Shown here piece by piece: positions 55,542 through 63,951 of a DNA stretch of 64,000 nucleotides. How positions within the stretch are numbered: position 1 is the first letter of the stretch; every line of letters starts with the position of its first letter. Under the pieces are notes generated by a model, which was given only the letters and a program-made list of their open reading frames with translations, did no database searches and was not told where the DNA came from. Position numbers and translations under genes: made by a program. Source of the DNA: an uncultured Thermodesulfobacteriota bacterium. GTDB taxonomy: Bacteria > Desulfobacterota > B13-G15. The stretch spans positions 1,869-65,868 of the forward strand of contig CAZSWV010000001.1 in NCBI GenBank assembly GCA_964611295.1, in the 5' to 3' direction.

Positions 55542-56177
55542 ATGGCGGGGGATTTAGTGCAGGCAATAGCTGACTTACAGGAAGATGAAGCCTTAAAGAT
55601 CGTAAAGGAGCGCTTGGAGGCCGGGGAGGATCCCCTCAAGATCCTAGAAGATGCGCGGACTGGACTTGAAATTGTAGGAAAGCGTTTTGCAAGTGGTGAG
55701 TATTTCATTCCAGATCTTATATATTCAGGCGAGATAATGAGCCAAATTACCGAAATAGTTAAGCCTAAGATCGGAGAAGTCCAGCGCGAGGCCAAAAAAT
55801 TGGGCAAGGTGGTAATTGGTACTGTAGCGGGTGATATCCATGACATAGGCAAGAACATAGTGGTGTTCATGCTTGAGGTAAACGGTTTTGAAGTGCACGA
55901 CCTTGGTGTGGATGTGCCGCCTGAGAAGTTCGTCCAGAAGGTGAAGGAGACCGGTGCCACAATTTTGGGGTTAAGCGGTTTCCTTACCTTGGCCTTTGAT
56001 TCCATGAAGAGGACCATAGAGGCCTTAAAAGAGGCTGGCCTTAGGGAAAGGGTAAAGGTGATGATAGGGGGTGGACAGGTCACTGAAGAGGTAAGGAAGT
56101 ATACAGGTGCCGATGCCTATGGCAAAGACGCTATGGCGGCTGTGACCATTGCCAAAAGTTGGGTAGGGGCGGCTTAG
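55542..56177 (+). CDS. cobalamin-binding corrinoid protein (MtaC/MtbC/O-demethylase CP type)
   Basis: 211 aa with an N-terminal helical cap (LVQAIADLQEDEA) and the B12 motif DxHxxG (GDIHDIGKN). It also has SGFLT and MIGGG. Confidence 0.9.
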   Translation: MAGDLVQAIADLQEDEALKIVKERLEAGEDPLKILEDARTGLEIVGKRFASGEYFIPDLIYSGEIMSQITEIVKPKIGEVQREAKKLGKVVIGTVAGDIHDIGKNIVVFMLEVNGFEVHDLGVDVPPEKFVQKVKETGATILGLSGFLTLAFDSMKRTIEALKEAGLRERVKVMIGGGQVTEEVRKYTGADAYGKDAMAAVTIAKSWVGAA

Positions 56178-56222
56178 AATTGGCCTTACCCCTGTGAAAA
56201 CCAAGTTAAGGAGGTTACGAGG

Positions 56223-57584
56223 ATGGAAAAGAAATGGGAGGAGATGTCCCCTGATGAAAGGAGGGAGTCATTAATACAGAGGTGGCTTTCCCCTAAGGCC
56301 CCAGATGGAAGCGATATAAAGTTCAAGAGTCCAGAGGCAGAGGAGGCCTATAAAGCACGGGTGAGGAGGTTAGTGGCAGCCATTAAACTGGAAGAAACAC
56401 CGGATCGAGTCCCCGTATTGCCGCTTCCCAATATGTTTCCGGTTTACTATTACGGCATAACGGTCCAAGAGGCCATGTACGATTATGAGAAGTGTGGCGC
56501 TGCCTTTAGGAAGTTCGTGCTTGATTTTGAACCGGACGCTACTATGGGATGTATGGGGCCTGGTCCAGGGAAGTTTTACGACTTGGTGGATTACAAACTC
56601 TACAAATGGCCAGGGCATGGTCTGCCTCCTGATCGTTGTTATCAAGCGGTGGAAGGCGAGTATATGAAGGCAGATGAATACGATATGTTAATCCAAGATC
56701 CTACTTATTATTTCCTTACGGTTTATTTTCCTCGTGCCTTTGGGGCGTTACAGGGGTTAAGCCTGTTGGCACCGCCCACAAACGTCTTGGAGTTTTATCC
56801 CACCTTTTCAGCTGTCAATTTCATCCCCTTTGCCCTCCCGCCGGTTCAAGAGGCCCTAAAGGTTATGGCGGAGGCAGGAGCTGAGGTATTGCGATGGTTG
56901 GAGGCTGTGGTTGCGTGGAACGTAGACATAATATCCAGTGGTTACCCCTTGCTTGCTGGTGGTGGATGCAAAGCCCCCTTTGACATGATAGGGGATACTT
57001 TGAGGGGGACCAAAGGGATAATGCTTGACATGTACCGACAACCCGATAAACTCCTCCAGGCTTTGGAAGCCATGGTGCCCTTTATGGTGAGGATGGGGGC
57101 TTCAGCGGCAAAGATGAACGGCAATCCCATGGTCTTCATCCCCCTTCACAAGGGTGCTGATGGGTTCCTTTCTGACCAACAGTTTAAGACCTTTTATTGG
57201 CCGACCTTGAAAAAGGTCATCCTTGGGCTCATCGAGGAAGGTTGTATACCTTTGCTCGTGGCAGAAGGCGGTTACAACTCGAGGCTTGAGACAATAGCCG
57301 ACCTGCCTAAAGGGAAGGTAGTGTGGATGTTCGATCAAACGGATATGGCGAAGGCCAAAAAGGTCCTGGGAGATGTAGCCTGTATCATGGGGAATGTACC
57401 CACGGATTTGCTCATAGTTGGAACCACCCAGCAGGTCAGAGATTACGTGAAAAAGCTCATCGACGACTGCGCACCAGGGGGAGGATTTATACTTGCAAAC
57501 GGGGCCTTCTTTGACGAGGCGAAGGCAGAGAACATCAAAGCAATGGTCGATTTTGCCAAAGAGTACGGTGTATACCGAAGGTAG
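56223..57584 (+). CDS. uroporphyrinogen-decarboxylase (URO-D) family methyltransferase, candidate substrate:corrinoid methyltransferase (MT-I)
   Basis: 453 aa. The overall pattern resembles URO-D/MtaA-like methyltransferases of corrinoid systems, and the gene is sandwiched between the corrinoid protein and activation genes. The family call is from memory, not a computed alignment. Confidence 0.65.
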   Translation: MEKKWEEMSPDERRESLIQRWLSPKAPDGSDIKFKSPEAEEAYKARVRRLVAAIKLEETPDRVPVLPLPNMFPVYYYGITVQEAMYDYEKCGAAFRKFVLDFEPDATMGCMGPGPGKFYDLVDYKLYKWPGHGLPPDRCYQAVEGEYMKADEYDMLIQDPTYYFLTVYFPRAFGALQGLSLLAPPTNVLEFYPTFSAVNFIPFALPPVQEALKVMAEAGAEVLRWLEAVVAWNVDIISSGYPLLAGGGCKAPFDMIGDTLRGTKGIMLDMYRQPDKLLQALEAMVPFMVRMGASAAKMNGNPMVFIPLHKGADGFLSDQQFKTFYWPTLKKVILGLIEEGCIPLLVAEGGYNSRLETIADLPKGKVVWMFDQTDMAKAKKVLGDVACIMGNVPTDLLIVGTTQQVRDYVKKLIDDCAPGGGFILANGAFFDEAKAENIKAMVDFAKEYGVYRR

Positions 57585-57593
57585 TGGTAGCAA

Positions 57594-58277
57594 ATGCCCA
57601 TCTGTAAAGGGATCTCGCTGCCCCTAAACCCTGAGGAGGTGATAAAGCGCTTTAAGGGCGGAAGGGGGGAAAGGGCAAAGGCTTTGGCCTTCGAAGTCCT
57701 TGAGGAGAGCAGGGCGCTCATCGACCCTGGAGTCGCCTGGGAAGAATATCCGGTAATGGGCTTAAAGGACGGAGAAGCCTTCCTTGAGGGCGGTTGGACC
57801 CTTCGCCTTTTGGTCCAACCGCCCTCAAGGGGAAAGGTGGAAAGGGTTGTTGCTTTGGCTGGTACCATAGGGGATAAGATCGAGCAATGGGTATCTAGAC
57901 TTTTCAAAGGCGGTGAGGCTTTAAAGGCTACAATAGCGGACCTTGTAGGCAGCCTTTACGTGGAAGTCCTAATGGATAGGGCCTGTGAATGTATGAGCAG
58001 GTATGCGCTGGGTTATGGTCTTAGGTCTAGTCACCTTTTTAGCCCAGGTATGCCGGGCATGCCCCTTGAAGAACAGCCTAAGTTGGTGGAGATGGCCAAG
58101 GGGGCACGTGTAGGCATCCACACTACCGAAAAGGGCATGATGGTCCCGGAGAAGTCCTTCTGTGGAGTTATAATCTTAGGGGAAGACGTCCCCAGTTGGG
58201 ATAGACATGTTTTCTGTAAACGTTGTGCCTTACGGGACAGTTGCCCTTTCAGAAGTGAAATAATTCATGGCCTTTAA
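57594..58277 (+). CDS. standalone methionine-synthase (MetH) activation-domain-like protein
   Basis: 227 aa. FSPGMPGMPLEEQPKLVEMA...GIHTTEKGMMVPEKSFCGVIILG resembles the MetH reactivation-domain core. It has a C-terminal CKRCALRDSC. Confidence 0.6.
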   Translation: MPICKGISLPLNPEEVIKRFKGGRGERAKALAFEVLEESRALIDPGVAWEEYPVMGLKDGEAFLEGGWTLRLLVQPPSRGKVERVVALAGTIGDKIEQWVSRLFKGGEALKATIADLVGSLYVEVLMDRACECMSRYALGYGLRSSHLFSPGMPGMPLEEQPKLVEMAKGARVGIHTTEKGMMVPEKSFCGVIILGEDVPSWDRHVFCKRCALRDSCPFRSEIIHGL

Positions 58278-60102
58278 GGTCTTTTTCGAACCTATGGGTA
58301 AAAGCGGTGAATGTATGGAAGGCGAAACCGTACTCGAATGCGCTCATCGTCTCGGTATTTCACTGCTCAGTTCCTGTGGTGGAAGAGGAGTATGTGGAAA
58401 CTGTCGAGTGAGGGTTTTAGAGGGTGAGGTCAATGGACCTACGGCTTCTGAAAGGGAGTTCTTCGAACAAAAGGAACTTCAATCAAACTGGAGGCTTGCT
58501 TGTCAAGTCTCACCCCTGTCGCATTTGCGGGTTTTTGTGCCTTTGGAGTCCTTAGGATTTGCCGAAAGGTTCCAAGTGGAGGGAATGGAAAGGGGGGTAG
58601 AGTTTAAGCCTGTGGTGAGGGCTAAAGAGGTCTCCCTTATCCCTCCTTCTTTGAACGACGTACGGGCTGATGTGGACAGGGTTGTGGACGCCTTAGCTGA
58701 GGGGGGCGTGGAACTTGAGTCTGTTGACCTTTTGGCTTTGAAAGAAGCAGGAAGGTCGTTGAGGAACTGGGGGTGGAGGGCAAAGGCGGTGGTTTGGAAG
58801 AAGGAGTTAATAGGCCTCCTTCCAGGGACCTCCTCTCCTCTTGGTGTGGCTGTTGACTTGGGGACTACTAAGATCGCCCTCTATCTCCTCGATCTCGAAG
58901 GGGGTAAGACGCTTTCTTCGATGGGCGTACTTAACCCACAGGTCACTTTTGGGGAGGATGTCATTACCCGGATACAGAAGGCAAGGTCTTCTCCAGAGAA
59001 GGCCGAAGAGCTGAAGCGGGTGGTCCTTGAAGCCGTAAACGGAGCCGTGGACGAACTTCGGAAGGGGGTAGGCGCTGAGCCGAGTCAGATAGTAGAGATG
59101 GTCTTTGTGGGCAATACGGCCATGCACCACCTCTTTTTGGGTTTGCCTGTGGACTGGCTTGCCCAATCCCCTTTTGTTCCGACTTTGAACAGGGCCTTTT
59201 CCTTAAAGGCCCGTGAGCTCGGCCTGAAAGTGGCAACAGGGGCTTATATGCATTTTTTGCCAAACATAGCGGGTTTTGTGGGTAGCGATCATGTAGCGGC
59301 CTTACTTGCCAGTGGCGTCTTAGAGGAAAAGGGGCCGTTGTTGCTTTTGGACATTGGTACGAACACTGAGATATCGCTGATCAAAGAGGGCAACATCCAT
59401 ACCGTTTCTACCCCTTCGGGACCGGCCTTTGAGGGGGCTCATCTGAAGTACGGTATGAGGGCCCTTGCGGGAGCCATCGAACGGGTTAGGATTGCCCACG
59501 GGAAGGTTTGGTATAAGACCATTGGGGATCTCCCTCCCCGGGGTATTTGTGGTTCAGGGATAATCGATGCGGTTGCTGAGCTCTACAGGGCAGGCCTTCT
59601 AGATGAGAGGGGAAGGTTTGTAGACGGCCACCCCAACTTCAGAGAAGTGGACGGCGTGAAGGAGTTTTTATTGGTTGAAGGGCCCGAAGCCGAAGGTAGG
59701 ACCTTGTCCATAAGCCAAAAGGACGTACGGGAACTCCAATTGGCGAAGGCATCCATAAGGGCAGCAATAGAGGTGTTATTGAAGGAGGCACGTTGTGACT
59801 ACGAAGAACTTGAAAAAGTAGTGATAGCAGGTGCTTTTGGTACCTATATAAGCATAAGGAGTGCCCTTACCTTAGGGATGTTTCCTCCCCTGCCCCTTGA
59901 GAAGTTCCTGCAGGTGGGCAATGCCGCTGGGATAGGGGCGAAGATGGCCCTTTTGTCCGAAAGAAAGCGCAAAGAGGCCGAAAGCATAGCGAGTAAGGCT
60001 CGCTATATAGAGCTTGCTGCTACTGATCTTTTCCGAGGGTATTTGCTTGAAGCCTTGGCCTTAGGCGAATATCGGTTTGACCATAAAGGCAGGAGGTGTT
60101 GA
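58267..60102 (+). CDS. RACo-type reductive activator of corrinoid proteins (2Fe-2S ferredoxin + ASKHA ATPase, DUF4445)
   Basis: 611 aa with N-terminal plant-type 2Fe-2S SCGGRGVCGNCRV. ASKHA phosphate motifs are VAVDLGTTKIA and LLLDIGTNTEI. Confidence 0.85.
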   Translation: MAFKVFFEPMGKSGECMEGETVLECAHRLGISLLSSCGGRGVCGNCRVRVLEGEVNGPTASEREFFEQKELQSNWRLACQVSPLSHLRVFVPLESLGFAERFQVEGMERGVEFKPVVRAKEVSLIPPSLNDVRADVDRVVDALAEGGVELESVDLLALKEAGRSLRNWGWRAKAVVWKKELIGLLPGTSSPLGVAVDLGTTKIALYLLDLEGGKTLSSMGVLNPQVTFGEDVITRIQKARSSPEKAEELKRVVLEAVNGAVDELRKGVGAEPSQIVEMVFVGNTAMHHLFLGLPVDWLAQSPFVPTLNRAFSLKARELGLKVATGAYMHFLPNIAGFVGSDHVAALLASGVLEEKGPLLLLDIGTNTEISLIKEGNIHTVSTPSGPAFEGAHLKYGMRALAGAIERVRIAHGKVWYKTIGDLPPRGICGSGIIDAVAELYRAGLLDERGRFVDGHPNFREVDGVKEFLLVEGPEAEGRTLSISQKDVRELQLAKASIRAAIEVLLKEARCDYEELEKVVIAGAFGTYISIRSALTLGMFPPLPLEKFLQVGNAAGIGAKMALLSERKRKEAESIASKARYIELAATDLFRGYLLEALALGEYRFDHKGRRC

Positions 60103-60951
60103 ATGGAAACTAGGATTTCCAGCGCTACAAAGGAAGTAGTCATTTCCCCCTCAAGGCCCACTGTGCTTATCGGTGAGAGGATAAACCCTGCGGGTAAAAA
60201 ACGCCTCCAAGAAGCCCTGAAGTCAGGCGACCTGAGCTTAGTGCGTGAAGAGGCCATCATGCAAGTACAAGCGGGGGCGGACGTCCTCGACGTATGCGTG
60301 GGGACCTTTGGCGTAGACGAGGTCAAGCTTTTGCCTGAAGCCGTGAAGGTGATCATGGAAGCTGTAGATGTCCCTTTGTGCATAGACAGCGCAAATCCTA
60401 AGGCCCTTGAGGCGGCCCTTAAGGTTTACAAGGGAAAGGCCCTTGTTAACTCGGTCACTGGGGAAGAGCGATCTTTAAGGGAGGTCTTACCAATAGTAAA
60501 GGACTACGGAGCAGCGGTCATAGGCCTTGTGCAAGACGACGAAGGTATTCCCAAAGATGCCGACAGGAGGGTGGCCATAGCCCATAAAATTGTGGAAAGG
60601 GCTGAAGCCTTAGGGATTGACCGAAGTGATGTGGTGATAGACTGCCTCGCCTCTTCTGTAGGTGCGGACCTTTCTGCTGGGAAGGCCGTCCTTGAGGCCA
60701 TAAGGAGGGTAAGGGAGGAGCTTGGGGTCAACATCACCCTGGGGGCTAGCAACATCTCCTTTGGTCTTCCTGACAGGGAGCTTCTGAACAGGACTTTCAT
60801 ATCCATGGCCATAGCTTTTGGTGCTACATGTTTGATAGTGGACGTGGCACAGGTTAGGGCCGCAGCAGTAGCTGCAGATCTCATCCTAGGGCGCGACCCC
60901 AGGGCGCGCAGATATATTTCCCTTTATAGGGAACGCCCATATGGAAAGTGA
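60103..60951 (+). CDS. pterin-binding methyltransferase (MeTr/AcsE/MtrH-like; methyl-corrinoid:tetrahydrofolate MT-II candidate)
   Basis: 282 aa reading LIGERINPAGKKRLQEALKSGDLSLVREEAIMQVQAGADVLDV, with NSVTGEE and LGASNISFGLP of the DHPS-like TIM barrel. Confidence 0.82.
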   Translation: METRISSATKEVVISPSRPTVLIGERINPAGKKRLQEALKSGDLSLVREEAIMQVQAGADVLDVCVGTFGVDEVKLLPEAVKVIMEAVDVPLCIDSANPKALEAALKVYKGKALVNSVTGEERSLREVLPIVKDYGAAVIGLVQDDEGIPKDADRRVAIAHKIVERAEALGIDRSDVVIDCLASSVGADLSAGKAVLEAIRRVREELGVNITLGASNISFGLPDRELLNRTFISMAIAFGATCLIVDVAQVRAAAVAADLILGRDPRARRYISLYRERPYGK

Positions 60952-60963
60952 AGGAGGTGCGAG

Positions 60964-62169
60964 ATGAAGAGATTGGCGTTGTTTTTGGTCTTCATTTGGT
61001 CACTTTTTGCCTTTTTGGCCCAGGCTAAGGAGAAGTTAGTAATAGGTCAAGCCTGGCCTCTGACAGGTCCCCTTGCTGGTGCTGCGAGGCTTTCGGCTGG
61101 GACCACTTACGAGATGTGGGTAAAGGAGGTGAACAAAAAAGGGGGAATTTACGTGAAACAATATGGTAAGAGGCTTCCTGTAGAGCTTAAGGTTTACGAC
61201 AATGAAAGCGATATAGGGAAAACGGTGAGGTTATTGGAAAAGTTGATTCTGGAAGATAAGGTGGACTTTGTACTACCTCCTTGGGGGACTGCATGGCTTT
61301 ACGCTGCAGCCAACGTCTGTAACAAATACGGTTATGTGCTAATTGGAGGTGCTGGTGGAGCTACAAAACTTAAGGAGCTTACCCTGCCTTACTTTTTCCA
61401 GGTTTTAAACTTCGCCGAGACCCAAGGGCCGGCTTTGGCCCAGATATTTAAGGAGGTAGGGGTAAAGAGTGCGGCTATCTACTACAGAAGCGACCTACAC
61501 GGTCTGGAATATGCTGGGATATTAGCCCCTTATTTCAAACAACTGGGGATCCAAATAAAGGTCATAAAAGGCTTTCCTCCTGATGTAGTAAAGGACTTTA
61601 CGCCCTTCTTAAAAGAAGCAAGTGCAGCAGGGGTTGATGCATTTGTTGTTGCCTGTTATCCACATGAAAGCGTGGCAATTACCGAACAGGCCATAGGTTC
61701 GAACATAAACTTTAACGCTATTTGGTTTAGCGTTGGGCCTTATGATCCTGTAGTGTACAGGGATACCTTTGGTTCCAACGTAGTGGAAGGGGTAATGGGT
61801 GGAGGTGCGTGGAACGCCAAATCGTCCCCTGGGGCAGCGGAACTTGTCAAAAAACACAAGGAATACTTTGGAGTAGAACCCGCATATTGGGGTACCCTTT
61901 ATTTTTACTCTTCTCTGGAACATTTCCAACAGGCCATAGAGAAGGCAGGTACCCTTGACCAGAAGGCCGTAAGGGACGTCTTGGCAAAAAGCAAGTTCAA
62001 CACATCCCTGGGCCCCTATTGGTATGACGAAAGGCAAATCCTAGCAAAAGAATGTCACCCTGGACAGATCGGACAATGGCAAAAAGGCATCTTCGAGGTA
62101 ATAGACACAGGCCCAAAACGCACAGCACCACCTGTTTACCCAAAGCCCAATTGGCCTAAAAAGAAATAA
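60964..62169 (+). CDS. ABC transporter substrate-binding protein, Liv/type-I PBP family (copy 2, close paralogue of 49992..51212)
   Basis: 401 aa with signal peptide LALFLVFIWSLFAFLAQA. The mature sequence is about 80-85% identical by eye to copy 1 over the first ~150 residues. It begins 13 nt after the MeTr gene. Confidence 0.88.
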   Translation: MKRLALFLVFIWSLFAFLAQAKEKLVIGQAWPLTGPLAGAARLSAGTTYEMWVKEVNKKGGIYVKQYGKRLPVELKVYDNESDIGKTVRLLEKLILEDKVDFVLPPWGTAWLYAAANVCNKYGYVLIGGAGGATKLKELTLPYFFQVLNFAETQGPALAQIFKEVGVKSAAIYYRSDLHGLEYAGILAPYFKQLGIQIKVIKGFPPDVVKDFTPFLKEASAAGVDAFVVACYPHESVAITEQAIGSNINFNAIWFSVGPYDPVVYRDTFGSNVVEGVMGGGAWNAKSSPGAAELVKKHKEYFGVEPAYWGTLYFYSSLEHFQQAIEKAGTLDQKAVRDVLAKSKFNTSLGPYWYDERQILAKECHPGQIGQWQKGIFEVIDTGPKRTAPPVYPKPNWPKKK

Positions 62170-62214
62170 ATGGAAGTTGGGGAAGGTTTGAATACCACCA
62201 ATTACAGGGGAAAA

Positions 62215-62240
62215 TGCCTATGTCTGTTTTTCGATAGGCA
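62215..62240 (+). terminator. weak hairpin after binding-protein gene 2 (possible terminator/processing site)
   Basis: TGCCTAT-12 nt loop-ATAGGCA, with further imperfect pairing of the flanks (AAATGC / GCATTT). The downstream sequence is AT-rich but has no clean U-tract. Confidence 0.3.
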
Positions 62241-62287
62241 GCATTTAAAATTACTGTTCGATATTGTCATCGTTTTAAAAAATACCA

Positions 62288-62316
62288 TTGACAATTGTGG
62301 GGCTGATATGATAAAA
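62288..62316 (+). promoter_or_regulatory. candidate sigma70-type promoter for the second ABC ATPase pair
   Basis: TTGACA (62288-62293), a 17-nt spacer ending in TG, then ATAAAA (62311-62316). It lies inside a 190-nt gap. Confidence 0.4.
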
Positions 62317-62359
62317 GGTAAAGCCGCACAACTTAGGTGATTTCGGTAAGGAAAAGCAG

Positions 62360-63169
62360 ATGCAAGAGGTGGAAATTATTGTAGTAGATGATGTGTGGCT
62401 TTCTTTTGGAGGCGTTACTGCTTTGGCAGGGGTAAGTATCGGTTTAAAAAGGGGTGAGATTTTAGGGTTAATTGGGCCAAATGGAGCGGGGAAGACTGCG
62501 CTTTTGAACTGCATAACTGGGTTTTATGTACCGCAAAGAGGGCGGATTTATTTTGATGGTCGTGATGTTTCGCGTTTGAAGCCTTATGAACGTGTGAAGT
62601 TGGGGATAGGTAGGACTTTTCAGAACATAGGGCTTTTTGCTGGTTTAACGGTTTTGGAGAACATAATGGCTGCCAGACACATATTCATGCGTCAGAATTT
62701 GTTGACGGCGGCGTTGTATTGCGGTTGGGCGAAGCGTGAAGAGGCGATGCATAGGGAAGCCGTGGAGGAGATCATAGACTTTTTGGATTTACAGCCTTGG
62801 CGTAAGAAAGTGGTGGCATCTTTGCCTTATGGGCTGCGTAAGAGGGTGGAGTTGGGTAGGGTGATGGCCATGGAGCCAAAGGTCCTTTTGTTGGATGAAC
62901 CCATGGCGGGGATGAACCGTGAGGAAAAGGTAGAGTTACTGGGTTATATACTTGCCCTTTTCAAAGGGGGAAGGAAGGGCTATGAGGCCTGTAAGGTTTT
63001 GCGGGAAGGAGTTCAAAGTGTGATCTTTGTAGAGCACGATATGGGGATAGTTATGAACCTTGCGCATAGGATAGTGGTCCTTGACTTCGGGGAGAAGATC
63101 GCAGAGGGTTCCCCTGACCAAGTGAGGAACGATCCAAAGGTGATAAAGGCCTATCTCGGGGAAGGATGA
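62360..63169 (+). CDS. ABC transporter ATP-binding protein (LivG-like, second system)
   Basis: 269 aa with Walker A GPNGAGKTA and the C-terminal VIKAYLGE. Confidence 0.88.
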   Translation: MQEVEIIVVDDVWLSFGGVTALAGVSIGLKRGEILGLIGPNGAGKTALLNCITGFYVPQRGRIYFDGRDVSRLKPYERVKLGIGRTFQNIGLFAGLTVLENIMAARHIFMRQNLLTAALYCGWAKREEAMHREAVEEIIDFLDLQPWRKKVVASLPYGLRKRVELGRVMAMEPKVLLLDEPMAGMNREEKVELLGYILALFKGGRKGYEACKVLREGVQSVIFVEHDMGIVMNLAHRIVVLDFGEKIAEGSPDQVRNDPKVIKAYLGEG

Positions 63170-63951
63170 GCCTACTTCAGGTAAAAAACATCGACGTTGT
63201 TTACAAAAAGGTCATAAAGGTGCTGGAAAACGTGAGCTTAAGGGTTGAAGAAGGGCAGATAGTGGCCCTTCTTGGCCCTAATGGTGCTGGTAAAACTACC
63301 ACCTTGAGGGCAGTGTCGGGTACGCTGAGGGCCGAGGGGGGTGAAGTTGTAAAGGGGTCGATTGAGTTCAAGGGCGTTGCTATAAACGGCATGTCGCCTG
63401 AAAAGGTGGCGGCCATGGGGATCTCCCAGGTCATGGAAGGGCGCAGGGTACTCGAACACCTCACCGTGGAAGAAAACCTTTTGGTAGGCGCCTTTATGCG
63501 GAAGGACAAAAGGGAGGTCAAGGAGGACCTCGAACGCGTTTATCAATGGTTCCCACGGCTCAAAGAACGGAGGAAGCAGGTAAGCGGATATCTTTCTGGA
63601 GGCGAGCAGCAGATGCTCGTAATAGGACGTGCGTTGATGGCAAGGCCTAAGCTTATGTTGTTGGACGAGCCTTCCTTAGGGCTGGCCCCTTTGATCGTAA
63701 AGGAGATATACAAGATCATCAGTAGGATAAACCAGGAGACTAAGACCGCCATGCTCTTAGTAGAGCAAAACGCCAAGATAGCCCTTGAGATAGCTGATTA
63801 CGGCTATGTGATGGAAAACGGCACCATAGTGTTAGAGGGTAAGGCCTCCGACCTTAAGGAATCAGAGATGATAAAGGATTTCTATTTGGGCATGCGAGCC
63901 GGAGTACTAGAAGGGAAAAGGCCTAGATGGAAGGAGGTTTACTACCTGTAG
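63166..63951 (+). CDS. ABC transporter ATP-binding protein (LivF-like, second system, with C-terminal extension)
   Basis: 261 aa with Walker A GPNGAGKTT, LSGGEQQ, and DFYLG followed by a ~25-aa tail. Confidence 0.88.
   Translation: MSLLQVKNIDVVYKKVIKVLENVSLRVEEGQIVALLGPNGAGKTTTLRAVSGTLRAEGGEVVKGSIEFKGVAINGMSPEKVAAMGISQVMEGRRVLEHLTVEENLLVGAFMRKDKREVKEDLERVYQWFPRLKERRKQVSGYLSGGEQQMLVIGRALMARPKLMLLDEPSLGLAPLIVKEIYKIISRINQETKTAMLLVEQNAKIALEIADYGYVMENGTIVLEGKASDLKESEMIKDFYLGMRAGVLEGKRPRWKEVYYL

Noticed and set aside
55472-56083. 203-aa minus-strand ORF opposite the corrinoid-protein gene
   Set aside because: The + strand frame carries the DxHxxG cobalamin-binding signature and a good RBS. The antisense ORF is Ser/Pro/Thr-rich, has no motif, and breaks the otherwise co-directional operon.
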